DNA of 64,000 nucleotides from contig OZ024756.1 in NCBI GenBank assembly GCA_964016885.1, positions 9,300,001 to 9,364,000 of the forward strand, in the 5' to 3' direction. Positions within the stretch are counted from its first letter, which is position 1. Each line of letters starts with the position of its first letter. The DNA comes from Eledone cirrhosa (taxonomy: Eukaryota). Shown piece by piece: positions 28,077 through 40,275 of this stretch. Made by a program: the position numbers and the translations under genes. The notes beneath the pieces are model-generated. The model was not told the DNA's origin and searched no databases. It worked only from the letters and a program-made list of their open reading frames with translations.

Positions 28077-28166
28077 CCTGTTACACGTGTTTCACAGAGA
28101 ATTAGCTCAGGGTCACTCATAGGTGTTATGGACCCGACTCCAGTATCAATCTGCTCTTCAGACTGG
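28077..28166 (-). ncRNA. Hammerhead ribozyme motif with an extended stem II
   Basis: Minus strand: CCAGT CTGAAGA GCAGA…(GGGTC…GACCC)…TCTGT GAAA C ACGT G TA ACAGG; palindromic ACGT loop, GUA triplet. Confidence 0.7.
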
Positions 28167-28753
28167 CGATGCAAAAAAAAACAAAAAACTATATATATAT
28201 ATATATGTATATATTTCTGTGGGGAGGGGAGGAAGGGACCACATCATTCATCAGAAAAAAACAAAACAAACAAAATATAAGAAACAATTCATTTAAAAAA
28301 GGTTTTCATAGAATTTGGGTTCAAAATCTTTCATTACAAAGGCGGTGCCCCAGTATGGCCTCAGCCGGATGGCTGGAACAGGTAAAAGAGTATATTTGGT
28401 ATGAATGAACTGGAAAAAAAAAAGGAAAAAAAAAAAAAACATTGAAAAGGGAATTTTCCCATCATTTGACTTTTTTAAAAATTAAAACACTTTCTGGGGG
28501 TAACTTAAATTTATTGGTGGTTCTTAACATTTTGAGAAATAAATAAATAAATAAATAAATATTTTCAAACATTTTCTTTGACTTGTAAATTAATTATTCT
28601 TGTTTAAATGAGACATGAAATATGTTGAGAAAATCTCCAGAAACTTGTTTATTGAAGCTGAATAAACCTCTATATATGGCACATTCTAAATGGTGCTTGT
28701 AAAACAGTGGTGCAATTTATAATTACACACACATGCACACACACACACGCACA

Positions 28754-28797
<44 letters not shown>

Positions 28798-28802
<5 letters not shown>

Positions 28803-28954
28803 GTGGTTACACAACAGTTAGTTCACCATACCGAGAACAATTGTTTCACCTTAGTGGATCTTCAGCTCGTAAATCCGATTTATGAGCTGAAGATCCGCTA
28901 AGGTGAAACAATTGTTCTCGGTATGGTGAACTAACTGTTGTGTGACCACTTCTA
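28798..28954. repeat. Palindrome (78-bp arms, 1-nt spacer at 28876) with two intact minimal hammerheads back to back
   Basis: Right arm: TGAG CTGAAGA TCC GCTAA GGT GAAA C AATT G TT CTCG. The left arm gives CGAG/CTCG stem I on the minus strand. One-sided extension to ~29020. Confidence 0.9.
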
Positions 28955-29015
28955 CCTAACTCGTCCCTTGGACTGAGTGTTCCACCACTACGGATATTAC
29001 CTTCCAGTGTTCTAC

Positions 29016-29055
<40 letters not shown>

Positions 29056-29056
29056 C

Positions 29057-29092
<36 letters not shown>

Positions 29093-29094
<2 letters not shown>

Positions 29095-29640
29095 GAGGCA
29101 CATGGCTTAGTGGTTAGAGCATTGGCCTTGCAATCGAAAGGTTGTGAGTTCAATTCTCAGACTGGGTGATGTTGTTTCCTTGAGCAAGACACTTTATTTC
29201 ACATTGCTCCAGTTTACTCAGCTGTAGAAATGAGATGATAGGGACTGGGGTCCCTATCATTCTACTGCAAAGTGGTCGTGGAGGTGCCACGGCAAAAAAA
29301 GCACCCAGCACTCACTGTAAATGAGGTTGGCGTTAGGAAGGGCATCCAGCTGTAGGAATCAAGCCAGTATCAGTTCCTGTCCCACCCTTGCAAGCAGGGA
29401 AAAAGCGGACGTAAAATGAAATGAATGATGAAATGATACACATACACATACGTGTAGGCGTCACAACAAAAAGCACCCAGCACTCACTGTAAATGTGGTT
29501 GGTGTTAGGAAGGGCATCCAGCTGTAGAAATCAAGCCAAAATCAGTTCTGTATGAGCAGTTCTGTTGCCCACAACAGGACAACTCGTCTAACCCATGCTA
29601 GCGTGGAAGAATGGATGTTAAATGGTAACGATGATGAGAC
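29093..29640 (+). mobile_element. SINE family B with a duplicated RTE-like tail
   Basis: Near-identical to 18830-19160, plus a second tail copy at 29455-29640. Confidence 0.75.
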
Positions 29641-29689
29641 TTTATACACATACATACACACACACACAGAATAGAATGGTGAATTCTAT

Positions 29690-30520
29690 GCTTGCGAAGG
29701 TCAGTGGGAAGAATTATTGTCCTGTTCCGTGTGGTGGCACACCCTGGGGTGACTGTAGAGGTCAATTCTGGACCTGCAGGCTCTGGTACAGATGGGGCAA
29801 GTGTATATTAGGTCAGTTGGTTGTTGGGTGGTGAACAGCTTTCTTCTTTGATGTTTGTCTTCAGCTGACACCTTCCAGCCCTCCTCAAAGTCGACTGCAG
29901 CTGTTTTGATGGTCACTCTCCTTTTCTCTCTGTCCTCTGCCAGGTGTTCCTATTCCTTGTGATCAATATTGCCTTGGATCAGCTGTCACTTGAGTTGGTC
30001 CTTGAAGTGTTTTTGGCAGGGCCCCTTGGTTTCGATTGCCTTGCCATAGTTCCCAGCAAAGTTGTCTCAGCATCAGCATGCCCTCAATGCTTGTGATAAT
30101 GGCCCTTATTAAGAACTTCCTTGTTTGTTACATAGTCCTGCCAACAGGTGCCCATGATGGAGTGAAGGCAATGCTGATTGAATCTTTCCAGTACCTTGAT
30201 CTGCATCCGGTATAGGACCCAGCTTTCAGCTCGATAGAGGAGGGTAATGACTAACACAGCTCTGTAGACTCTGATCTTTGTGGTGAGGGTTAGAAAGTGG
30301 TTCTGCAAACCTCTGAACGAACTGCTGGCCTTGACATTACGGTTGTCAATGTAATTTGCTGAAGTAGCATCATTCGTAATGATGCTTCCTAAGTATGTGA
30401 GGTGCTCCACTACACTGAGAGGGTGGGGGGGGGGGGGGGTGCCCACCGATGTTAATCCGAGGAGGGTGGTACTCTTCATTTGCTGGCTTCTGGGACATGA
30501 CTTTAGCTTTCTTGAGGCTG
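29690..30520 (-). mobile_element. Decayed RTE (BovB-like) LINE 3' fragment
   Basis: LTISLKKAKVM, VEHLTYLGSII, TKIRVYRAV..TLLY..ESWVLY and a terminal CPICTRAC…H zinc motif; frameshifted. Confidence 0.8.
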
Positions 30521-31383
30521 ATAGTAAGGTTGCCCAAGCAGGGCAGCTGTGGGAGGGTATTTACATCTAGTTCCGGACTGATGGGAGTGGGTTCAACTTG
30601 CAATGACTGCTCACCTGCACCAAAACATGGGAGGAGTTGATCGTGGATCTGCTGCTTGCAGACAACTGTGCTTCTGGCATACACGGAGGAGAGAGAGAGA
30701 GAGAGACACACACACACACACGGCACGGCACGGCACGGCTCACCTCACCTTACCTTACCTTACCTTACCTTCAGATTTATGCCTGTGATGTATGGGGTAT
30801 GTTAGTAACTGCCTCAATACAAATCTTGAGAAGCTATGCTTCTCAGGAACAGACAGAACACAACCAGTTAGGAAATTACAAGTACAATCCATTAATGGAA
30901 CAGTAAAAATATGTAAAACATTTTGCATCTAATAACTGCATATACACATGTACAGATACAAAGTGTACACACATACAACTCAAAACATCCACATCCACAC
31001 ATACAATAACATCCATATCTACACATGCGTGCATACATATCTACCTAGTTGTTGTTGTGTAAATTCCAATGAGAGAGTCCTGTGTCTATGTTAGAAACCG
31101 ACTCTCTCTCTATTGGTAAAACTTTGTGAAATTATAAAACCAGAAGAACATACAAACAAACAATTCAACAAGGACAGGCACACATACTGTTTATAAAACA
31201 TACAGACATGCGCACACTCACCTAAATCGCGCTTACGTAAACACGAAATAAAAAGTAAAACAAAAAACAAAAAAATCACTATCAACAAGGGACATAACTC
31301 TATAGAAATACATAGTCGAATTAGTTCCCTTGAAAGTCAAATTTTGTTTTTACACTTTCTCAGAGTTGTATCGGCCACTTTAT

Positions 31384-34300
31384 GATAGTTTTGTGGTAGC
31401 AGTGGAGACTTCCTGTGTTCTTGGTCCCCCAGACCACCTCCCTACTGATAGGTTTGTGGTAGCCCCTGTAGCCGTGGAGACTTCCTGTGTTCTTGGTCCC
31501 CCAGACCACCTCCCTACTGATATGATAGGTTTGTGGTAGCCCCTGTAGCAGTGGAGACTTCCTGTGTTCTTGGTCCCCCAGACCACCTCCCTACTGATAG
31601 GTTTGTGGTAGCCCCTGTAGCAGTGGAGACTTCCTGTGTTCTTGGTCCCCCAGACCACCTCCCTACTGATAGGTTTGTGGTAGCCCCTGTAGCAGTGGAG
31701 ACTTCCTGTGTTCTTGGTCCCCCAGACCACCTCCCTACTGATAGGTTTGTGGTAGCCCCTGTAGCAGTGGAGACTTCCTGTGTTCTTGGTCCCCCAGACC
31801 ACCTCCCTACTGATAGGTTTGTGGTAGCCCCTGTAGCAGTGGAGACTTCCTGTGTTCTTGGTCCCCCAGACCACCTCCCTACTGATAGGTTTGTGGTAGC
31901 CCCTGTAGCAGTGGAGACTTCCTGTGTTCTTGGTCCCCCAGACCACCTCCCTACTGATAGGTTTGTGGTAGCCCCTGTAGCAGTGGAGACTTCCTGTGTT
32001 CTTGGTCCCCCAGACCACCTCCCTACTGATATGATAGGTTTGTGGTAGCCCCTGTAGCAGTGGAGACTTCCTGTGTTCTTGGTCCCCCAGACCACCTCCC
32101 TACTGATAGGTTTGTGGTAGCCCCTGTAGCAGTGGAGACTTCCTGTGTTCTTGGTCCCCCAGACCACCTCCCTACTGATATGATAGGTTTGTGGTAGCCC
32201 CTGTAGCAGTGGAGACTTCCTGTGTTCTTGGTCCCCCAGACCACCTCCCTACTGATAGGTTTGTGGTAGCCCCTGTAGCAGTGGAGACTTCCTGTGTTCT
32301 TGGTCCCCCAGACCACCTCCCTACTGATATGATAGGTTTGTGGTAGCCCCTGTAGCAGTGGAAACTTCCTGTGTTCTTGGTCCCCCAGACCACCTCCCTA
32401 CTGATAGGTTTATGGTAGCCCCTGTAGCCGTGGAGACTTCCTGTGTTCTTGGTCCCCCAGACCACCTCCCTACTGATAGGTTTGTGGTAGCCCCTGTAGC
32501 CGTGGAGACTTCCTGTGTTCTTGGTCCCCCAGACCACCTCCCTACTGATATGATAGGTTTGTGGTAGCCCCTGTAGCAGTGGAGACTTCCTGTGTTCTTG
32601 GTCCCCAGACCACCTCCCTACTGATATGATAGGTTTGTGGTAGCCCCTGTAGCCGTGGAGACTTCCTGTGTTCTTGGTCCCCCAGACCACCTCCCTACTG
32701 ATAGGTTTGTGGTAGCCCCTGTAGCCGTGGAGACTTCCTGTGTTCTTGGTCCCCCAGACCACACCCGTACTGATAGGTTTGTGGTAGCCCCTGTAGCCGT
32801 GGAGACTTCCTGTGTTCTTGGTCCCCCAGACCACACCCGTACTGATAGGTTTGTGGTAGCCCCTGTAGCCGTGGAGACTTCCTGTGTTCTTGGTCCCCCA
32901 GACCACACCCGTACTGATAGGTTTGTGGTAGCCCCTGTAGCCGTGGAGACTTCCTGTGTTCTTGGTCCCCCAGACCACACCCGTACTGATAGGTTTGTGG
33001 TAGCCCCTGTAGCCGTGGAGACTTCCTGTGTTCTTGGTCCCCCAGACCACCTCCCTACTGATAGGTTTGTGGTAGCCCCTGTAGCCGTGGAGACTTCCTG
33101 TGTTCTTGGTCCCCCAGACCACACCCGTACTGATAGGTTTGTGGTAGCCCCTGTAGCCGTGGAGACTTCCTGTGTTCTTGGTCCCCCAGACCACCTCCCT
33201 ACTGATATAGGTTTGTGGTAGCCCCTGTAGCAGTGGAGACTTCCTGTGTTCTTGGTCCCCAGACCACCTCCCTACTGATAGGTTTGTGGTAGCCCCTGTA
33301 GCCGTGGAGACTTCCTGTGTTCTTGGTCCCCCAGACCACCTCCCTACTGATAGGTTTGTGGTAGCCCCTGTAGCAGTGGAGACCTCCTGTGTTCTTGGTC
33401 CCCCAGACCACCTCCCTACTGATAGGTTTGTGGTAGCCCCTGTAGCAGTGGAGACTTCCTGTGTTCTTGGTCCCCCAGACCACCTCCCTACTGATAGGTT
33501 TGTGGTAGCCCCTGTAGCAGTGGAGACCTCCTGTGTTCTTGGTCCCCCAGACCACCTCCCTACTGATAGGTTTGTGGTAGCCCCTGTAGCAGTGGAGACT
33601 TCCTGTGTTCTTGGTCCCCCAGACCACCTCCCTACTGATAGGTTTGTGGTAGCCCCTGTAGCAGTGGAGACCTCCTGTGTTCTTGGTCCCCCAGACCACC
33701 TCCCTACTGATAGGTTTGTGGTAGCCCCTGTAGCAGTGGAGACTTCCTGTGTTCTTGGTCCCCCAGACCACCTCCCTACTGATAGGTTTGTGGTAGCCCC
33801 TGTAGCAGTGGAGACTTCCTGTGTTCTTGGTCCCCAGACCACCTCCCTACTGATAGGTTTGTGGTAGCCCCTGTAGCAGTGGAGACTTCCTGTGTTCTTG
33901 GTCCCCCAGACCACACCCGTACTGATAGGTTTGTGGTAGCCCCTGTAGCAGTGGAGACTTCCTGTGTTCTTGGTCCCCAGACTACCTCCCTACTGATAGG
34001 TTTGTGGTAGCCCCTGTAGCAGTGGAGACTTCCTGTGTTCTTGGTCCCCCAGACCACCTCCCTACTGATATGATAGGTTTGTGGTAGCCCCTGTAGCAGT
34101 GGAGACTTCCTGTGTTCTTGGTCCCCCAGACCACCTCCCTACTGATATGATAGGTTTGTGGTAGCCCCTGTAGCAGTGGAGACTTCCTGTCTTCTTGGTC
34201 CCCCAGACCACCTCCCTACTGATATGATAGGTTTGTGGTAGCCCCTGTAGCAGTGGAGACTTCCTGTGTTCTTGGTCCCCCAGACCACCTCCCTACTGAT

Positions 34301-34586
34301 AGGTTTGTGGTAGCCCCTGTAGCCGTGGAGACTTCCTGTGTTCTTGGTCCCCCAGACCACCTCCCTACTGATATGATAGGTTTGTGGTAGCCCCTGTAGC
34401 CGTGGAGACTTCCTGTGTTCTTGGTCCCCAGACCACCTCCCTACTGATAGGTTTGTGGTAGCCCCTGTAGCCGTGGAGACTTCCTGTGTTCTTGGTCCCC
34501 CAGACCACACCCGTACTGATATAGGTTTGTGGTAGCCCCTGTAGCCGTGGAGTCTTCCTGTGTTCTCCCCCCCCCCACATCCCTAC
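31384..34586. repeat. 72-bp satellite, ~44 copies
   Basis: GATAGGTTTGTGGTAGCCCCTGTAGCAGTGGAGACTTCCTGTGTTCTTGGTCCCCCAGACCACCTCCCTACT, with clustered variants. Confidence 0.98.
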
Positions 34587-35039
34587 TCAATGCTATTGGA
34601 GCTGAGTTGTCTGCCCGCAGTTGTGAACCCCACGAGGGGTATTGGCCGTTCCAGCACATCTCCCTCGCCGTCTTCCGGGTAATGTACTCTCCATCTTGTC
34701 AGCTGACCAGACCATTAGGCGGAGGGTAAATTAGTTGGAGGTGGTAGATACTAGTTCGTGTGGTACCTTTTCTCTATTTCTTTAAAATATTACAAAAGGT
34801 TTTTCCTTCCGTTTCTGGATAAATTTCTTCTTTCTTTCTCTCTTTTTTCTCTATATTTCCTTTTTCTTTCTTTCCTTTCGCCCCACCCCCATTAAAACAT
34901 ATTTCATTCTAGATATTTTCCTTTCTAGATATTTTCCTTTCGCCCCACCCCCATTAAAACATATTTCATTCTAGATATTTTCTCTTTTCTCTTGTAGATA
35001 TATTACATCTAATGTATATTTATATGTATGTATATTTTC

Positions 35040-35480
35040 ACATGACTTATGACTGGCAAGCAGCTCAGCGACCGTATCTGTATCAGTGAGCTGCTCAACA
35101 TTACCAAACTTAGACCAATTACATCAATTTCCAAGTCAAGAGCACTCAAACTATACGGCCATATAAAAATGAGTAGGTTATGCCTGGAAGGAAGGTTGGC
35201 TGGTAAGAGAAGCAGATTTCGCCAGCCAAAACGATGGCTTGATAATGTCAACCTATGGACTGGATTTCATCTTTGCTCTTTAAACTCTGCTGTTGGTGAT
35301 AAAAAGGTATTATATATTCCTGGAAGGAAGGTTGGCTGGTAAGAGAAGCAGAGACCGGCAACCAAAACGGCGGCTTTATAATGTCAACTTGATCTTTGCT
35401 CTTTAAACTCTGCTGTTGATGATCGAACTTTATGGAGAAAAATATCTCATGTTGATGTGCAGTCTGCAACTGGCGGAGTT
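35040..35480 (+). mobile_element. LINE (RTE-like) C-terminal remnant with an internal duplication
   Basis: LKLYGHIK…LCLEGRLAGKRSRFRQPKRWLDNV; 35183-35300 duplicated at 35320-35420. Confidence 0.6.
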
Positions 35481-35789
35481 TAGCGTCAAAGTAATATATT
35501 TTCACAAAATGAGTCACTTGACTTTCTGCCATTCAAGCCTAGCCATCACCGAACTAAAAGAAAACACCAGGGAGGAGATGACAGCCACCCCTAGATCTGT
35601 TTGTTATTGTAACGATGTTATACTACCAAGTTATACTATCCTGCTTCAATGTATGGAACATGACACCAAACACTCCCCTCAGTTGATATCATTTGCTATC
35701 TTAAAATATATACAAACTACGGGCCTTCACGAGTATCACCAGTTACCTCGGTTAGGGGAGCTGTCAGGGAAGATAAGAACCTCGCAGTC

Positions 35790-36180
35790 AGTATCCCGAC
35801 CCCCCAGTAGTCAGTAGCCCGACTCCCCCAGTTGTCAGTAGCCCGACTCTCCCAGTAGTCAGTAGCCCGACCCAATCAGTAGCCCGACTCCCCCAGTAGT
35901 CAGTAGCCCGACTCAATCAGTAGCCCGACTCCCCCAATAGTCAGTAGCCCGACTCCCCCAGTAGTCAGTAACCCGACTCAGTCAGTAGCCCGACTCCCCC
36001 AGTAGTCAGTAGCCCGACCCTCCCAGTAGTCAGTAGCCCGACTCCCCCAGTAGCCCGACTCAGTCAGTAGCCCGACTCCCCCAGTAGTCAGTAACCCGAC
36101 TCCCCCAGTAGTCAGTAGCCCGACTCCCCCAGTAGTCAGTAGCCCGACTCCCCCAGTTGTCAGTAGCCCGACCCTCCCAA
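35790..36180. repeat. ~24-bp tandem repeat (CCCCCAGTAGTCAGTAGCCCGACT)n
   Basis: Direct repeats with truncated units. Confidence 0.95.
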
Positions 36181-36436
36181 ACATCTCGAACGTCACAGCC
36201 TGGGAAATGTATTTATCGAAGTAAAATTATTGATTGATTTCAAGCTGGCAACTCACTCAGTCCTTGTTTATTTCGGAGAAAGGGACGCTGGGATTATACT
36301 AAATGGTATTTCTCATCACGGAACAACTGCACTGATTCGGAGAAAGAGAGGGTCTGTGTGTGTGAGAGAGAGAGGTAGAGAGAGTGAAAGAGATAGATAG
36401 ATAAATAGATAGAGAGAGAGGGCCTGTGTATGTGTG

Positions 36437-36467
<31 letters not shown>

Positions 36468-37349
36468 ATCCACTCTGTTGCAAGCAATTAGACCAGTTCC
36501 ATCGATTTGAGGATATTTACCTCCCAAGCACCAAGCACGAAGGTCCCGAGAACTGCCAGAGTTACATCCCTTACCTCCTCATTAAACTATCCCTGACAGT
36601 GACGCCACTAATATGTGTGCCGCCCGGAGCCGCACAAGAGTTTAACGCCCCCTCCCCTCATCTCACCCCTACATACGAAAATATATACAACAGACCCCAA
36701 AGTGCACCCCCCCCCCTACAAATGTCACTCGGGGGTACCGTCTCTTCCACCATACCTGGCTTACCTGAAATCACATAACTAAAAGTCTCGCTCATTAACC
36801 TCCCAGGTAAGACACAACATTTAAAAGATAGCGACACCTGGCCTAATGGTAAGTGTGTTGGACTTACGATCACAATGTCGTGAGTTCGATTCCTGGAATG
36901 GGTTGTGAGCTGTGTTCTTGAGCAAAACACGTCCTCGTGGCCTAGTGGTAGGTATTAGAGACGGTGGAGATCCTGGTTTGTGGTTCAATCTCAGTCAGGT
37001 TCAACACAATGGTGTTCCGTATTAGTTACTTTTGTTGTAGTGCACATGAGCACTGTACACAACAATTTCATGATTATTATTTTTATTTTTAGAGGTAGAT
37101 TGGCAGTATCGGTAGAGGGTCGGACGCCATGCTTTCCAGCATAGTTACGTCCCTTTACGATCTGAGTTCAAATCTCGCCGAGGTTGACTTTGCCTTTCAT
37201 CCTTACGGGGTCGATAAAATAAAGTACCAGTAATGCACTGGGTAATTGCTGGCCTTGTGCCTAAAGTAGAAACAATTATTTTTATTTTTAGATCTCAAAA
37301 TATCAAGTCTTGATACTACCATCTCAAACAAATTTAGACCCCTGGAAAT

Positions 37350-37612
37350 TTTATGTTAAACCAGTATACTCAGCTGAGAATGAGTAACGGCAGGAGCTGG
37401 GAGTTTAACCCTGCGATGGACTGGCGTCCTGTCCAAAGAAGTGAGAGTCTTTCACTCTCAGTCGTCACTTAATGCCGAAGAAACCGGAGTAAGTGTAAAT
37501 ATAATGAGCTTCCGGTTTCGAGACAGACTGTAACTCTCAGTCGTCACTTAATGCCGAAGAAACCGGAATAAGTGTAAACATAATGAGCTTCCGGTTTCGA
37601 GACAGACTTTAG
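37350..37612 (+). mobile_element. SINE 3' part (CCTGCGATGGACTGGCGTCCTGTCCA…GAAACCGG) with a tandemly duplicated ~80-bp end
   Basis: 37454-37533 repeated at 37533-37610. The motif resembles widespread invertebrate SINE bodies. Confidence 0.55.
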
Positions 37613-37900
37613 ACTACAGAAAAAAATCTACATTTCTCCAGATTTTACAGGGAGGTAACTCTATAAAAATAAAAAAAATACTATTTACTTCCCTTGTTTG
37701 TGTTTGATATATGTTTATATATATACGTTATAATTGTTTCAGAGGGTCGGACGCCATGCTTTCCAGCATAGAATTGCGTCCTTTATCATCAAGGGCCATA
37801 ACTCTATGTGTCAAAGCAATATCGGTAGAGGGTCGGACGCCATGCTTTGACGCCATAGAGTTATGGCGCTTGTCATTCTGAGTTGAAATCCCGCCGAGGC

Positions 37901-37961
<61 letters not shown>

Positions 37962-37964
<3 letters not shown>

Positions 37965-38086
37965 TTCTAAAGAATGAAACAGTTCTAGTCCTATAGAATC
38001 TCATTTATATTAAAACTTTTATACTCTGCTATGTATTGAGTGCCTTACTTACTGTGGTTACCTCCGATTCAACCCGGAATAACTTA

Positions 38087-38088
<2 letters not shown>
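37962..38088 (+). repeat. Single-arm copy of the 14524 palindrome family, in (TA)n
   Basis: GAATGAAACAGTTCTAGTCCT.TAGAA…ATGTATTGAGT.CCTTACT…GTGGTTACCTCC.ATT.AACCC.G matches 14584-14693. Confidence 0.85.
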
Positions 38089-38140
<52 letters not shown>

Positions 38141-38143
38141 ATA

Positions 38144-38210
<67 letters not shown>

Positions 38211-38362
38211 TGTATATATATATATATATTAAAAAAACAATGAGATATATGCTATGTTGATAAGTATTCAACAGAGTTATGTTATATATATATATAGTAA
38301 GTATGCATACGCACACACACCCACACACATATATATACATATCTGTACATATATATCTATAT

Positions 38363-38645
38363 CTAGGGCGGGTAAAATCCCCGAGATCCATGGACGAGTT
38401 CTCTCCAGCGGTCTCTGTCCCTCATTATCGCTGCCATGTCCCACGTCTCCAACAGACCAGTGTCTGTCCTTAGGGCATCAACATACGTTAACCTTGGTCT
38501 TCCTCTTCCAGTGTGTCCATGTAGCGGCTCCCACAGGAGCACTGAGTGCAATGTCAACTCTGGATGTCGGTGAGCATGTCCAGCTAACCTCAGTCTCCTC
38601 TGTGTCACTTTTGAGCTGACTTTTGGTAGGCTCTCATACAGTCTG
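38363..38645 (-). mobile_element. RTE LINE 3' fragment
   Basis: QRRLRLAGHAHRHPEL…LLWEPLHGHTGRGRP…DRDRWR. Confidence 0.75.
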
Positions 38646-38705
38646 AGTATATATATATATGAAACAAAAACACAGAGCGCTTACATCATCAATTAATCTT
38701 TATTT

Positions 38706-38750
38706 GCTGCCAGTGTTTCGTCCTTGTATAATTGCTGGACTCATCAGAGC
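38706..38750 (-). ncRNA. Hammerhead motif with a damaged cleavage triplet
   Basis: Minus strand: GCT CTGATGA GTCC (13 nt) GGAC GAAA CACTGG C AGC; the conserved U before the cleavage site is missing. Confidence 0.6.
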
Positions 38751-39229
38751 GTTATAAAGAGGAAGTAGATCAATAGTATAAACTCTACCGACCTTTATCA
38801 CAAGAACGATACATATGTAGCACAGAGGACTAAGAGGAGTGATGTGCTTGGACGAGGCGTCACCGCTAGAAGCCGATACATATTAAGACCAAAATCAGTT
38901 ACAATAATTAAAGATAGGGAAATATATATATATATATATAACATCGTTCCAAGCACACACGCACAGGCACAGGCCCAGGTGCACCCCCTAAGCACCCCCC
39001 CCCCCCACACACAAACCCATACACACACACACATTATAAAGCCACACACACCACACCCACATACACACACACACATACACACCCACATGCTCACGCACAC
39101 CCACCCACCCGCATACACACATGTAAGTATCTGTGCATGTACAATCTTAAATAACAGTATCCGTGTATGGACATATGCATAAGTATGTGTTGTCACAGGA
39201 GTCGACCGAGGCAGTGGTATGGTGGGGCT

Positions 39230-39545
39230 GCTGTCCTTATAGCTAAAGGGAAGTTCCCATCCCAATGTTTTGTTATTGTCCATATAGCTCGAGGAAGGTC
39301 CCGGCCCTGAGGTGTCTGCACGTCACGGAAGGGTCCGTATAGCTTGAGGGGAGTTCTCAACCTAATGTGTTGTTACTGTCACCTAGCTTGAGGGAGGTCC
39401 CGGCCCTGAGGTGTCTACATGTTCTGGAGAAGTCCCTATAGCTTGAGGGAAGTCCACATCCCAGAGTGTTGTTACTGTCCATATAGCTTGAGGAAGGTCC
39501 CGGCCCTGAGGTGTCTACATGTCCCGAAGAAGTCAGTCCTGAGGT
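39230..39545. repeat. ~100-bp imperfect tandem repeat, 3 copies
   Basis: …TGTGTTGTTACTGTCCATATAGCTTGAGGAAGGTCCCGGCCCTGAGGTGTCT… recurs three times. Confidence 0.85.
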
Positions 39546-39736
39546 TTATCATGCTGCTTCCACCTCTTAGTATCTCGAGAGTCTCACTCAGATATAGTTT
39601 GCAGATGCCAGATCCCCCTTTATCACGTGGCACTTTCCTGATTATGGACCAGGCCAGAGAGTACATATATATACCAGAGAGTATATATATATATACAAAA
39701 TATAAAACAATCAAATTTTTGCTTAATACATTTAAT

Positions 39737-39783
39737 TACTGACGATCGTTTCTTCCAGACAACCATTTGGAATCATCGGAGCA
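39737..39783 (-). ncRNA. Hammerhead motif with one core substitution (CCGATGA)
   Basis: Minus strand: TGCT CCGATGA TTCCA (10 nt) TGGAA GAAA C GATC G TC AGTA; palindromic GATC loop, GUC triplet. Confidence 0.7.
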
Positions 39784-40275
39784 TACACAATGTTTAAACA
39801 AATAATTATAATCCTAGTCCTCAGAACATTCATTAAGATACATTACTATTGACAGTGTCAGTGACATCATATTGAAAAGCAAGAGTGACAAAATGATATT
39901 ATATTATACAGATATCAAAGTATTAGGAGCTGATGTGAAGAAGTTATTAGATAAAGTGAAAATAGTGAGCATATTATATAGAAAGTTATTCATAAAGGTA
40001 ATTCAGGTACAAAAAGATATCAAGCAAATACATGTTGCAGATAAAAGATATGATAGCATTTAAAGGTGTAATAGTAAGGATTTACGAAGCAATATATACA
40101 GAATTTTAAAGAATGTTAAAAATGTTTAAAATGGCATGCATTATGGTAAAAAAATACGTAATGATAAGATGAATAAATGTTATGGAAAGAAACAATACAA
40201 TTATTAATAAGAAGAGTTGAGATTAATTTCACAGCACTAGCATCACTCCTTCATAGGTTGACCCTCTAATGGAGG

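Noticed and set aside
28200-28260. Minus-strand CTGATGA…TGTGG/CCACA…GAAA TATATA
   Set aside because: Four extra unpaired bases before stem II, no NUH in register and no stem I; the TATATA comes from the adjacent microsatellite.
30745-30770. (CCTTA)n as a possible telomeric repeat
   Set aside because: The reverse complement is TAAGG, not TTAGG or TTAGGG, and there are only a few units.
24780-30930. Candidate minus-strand exons at ~30769-30928, ~25320-25410 and ~24810-24910
   Set aside because: Splice-like signals exist, but the peptides match nothing I recognise, and the GTAAG donor at ~30768 is supplied by a (CCTTA)n simple repeat.
31380-34659. Repetitive ORFs and a CRISPR-like look of the 72-bp array; likewise the 40-bp array at 49151-50075 and the 70-bp array at 1953-2508
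   Set aside because: Units are head-to-tail with no unique spacers, there are no cas genes, the context is eukaryotic, and reading frames break at variant units.
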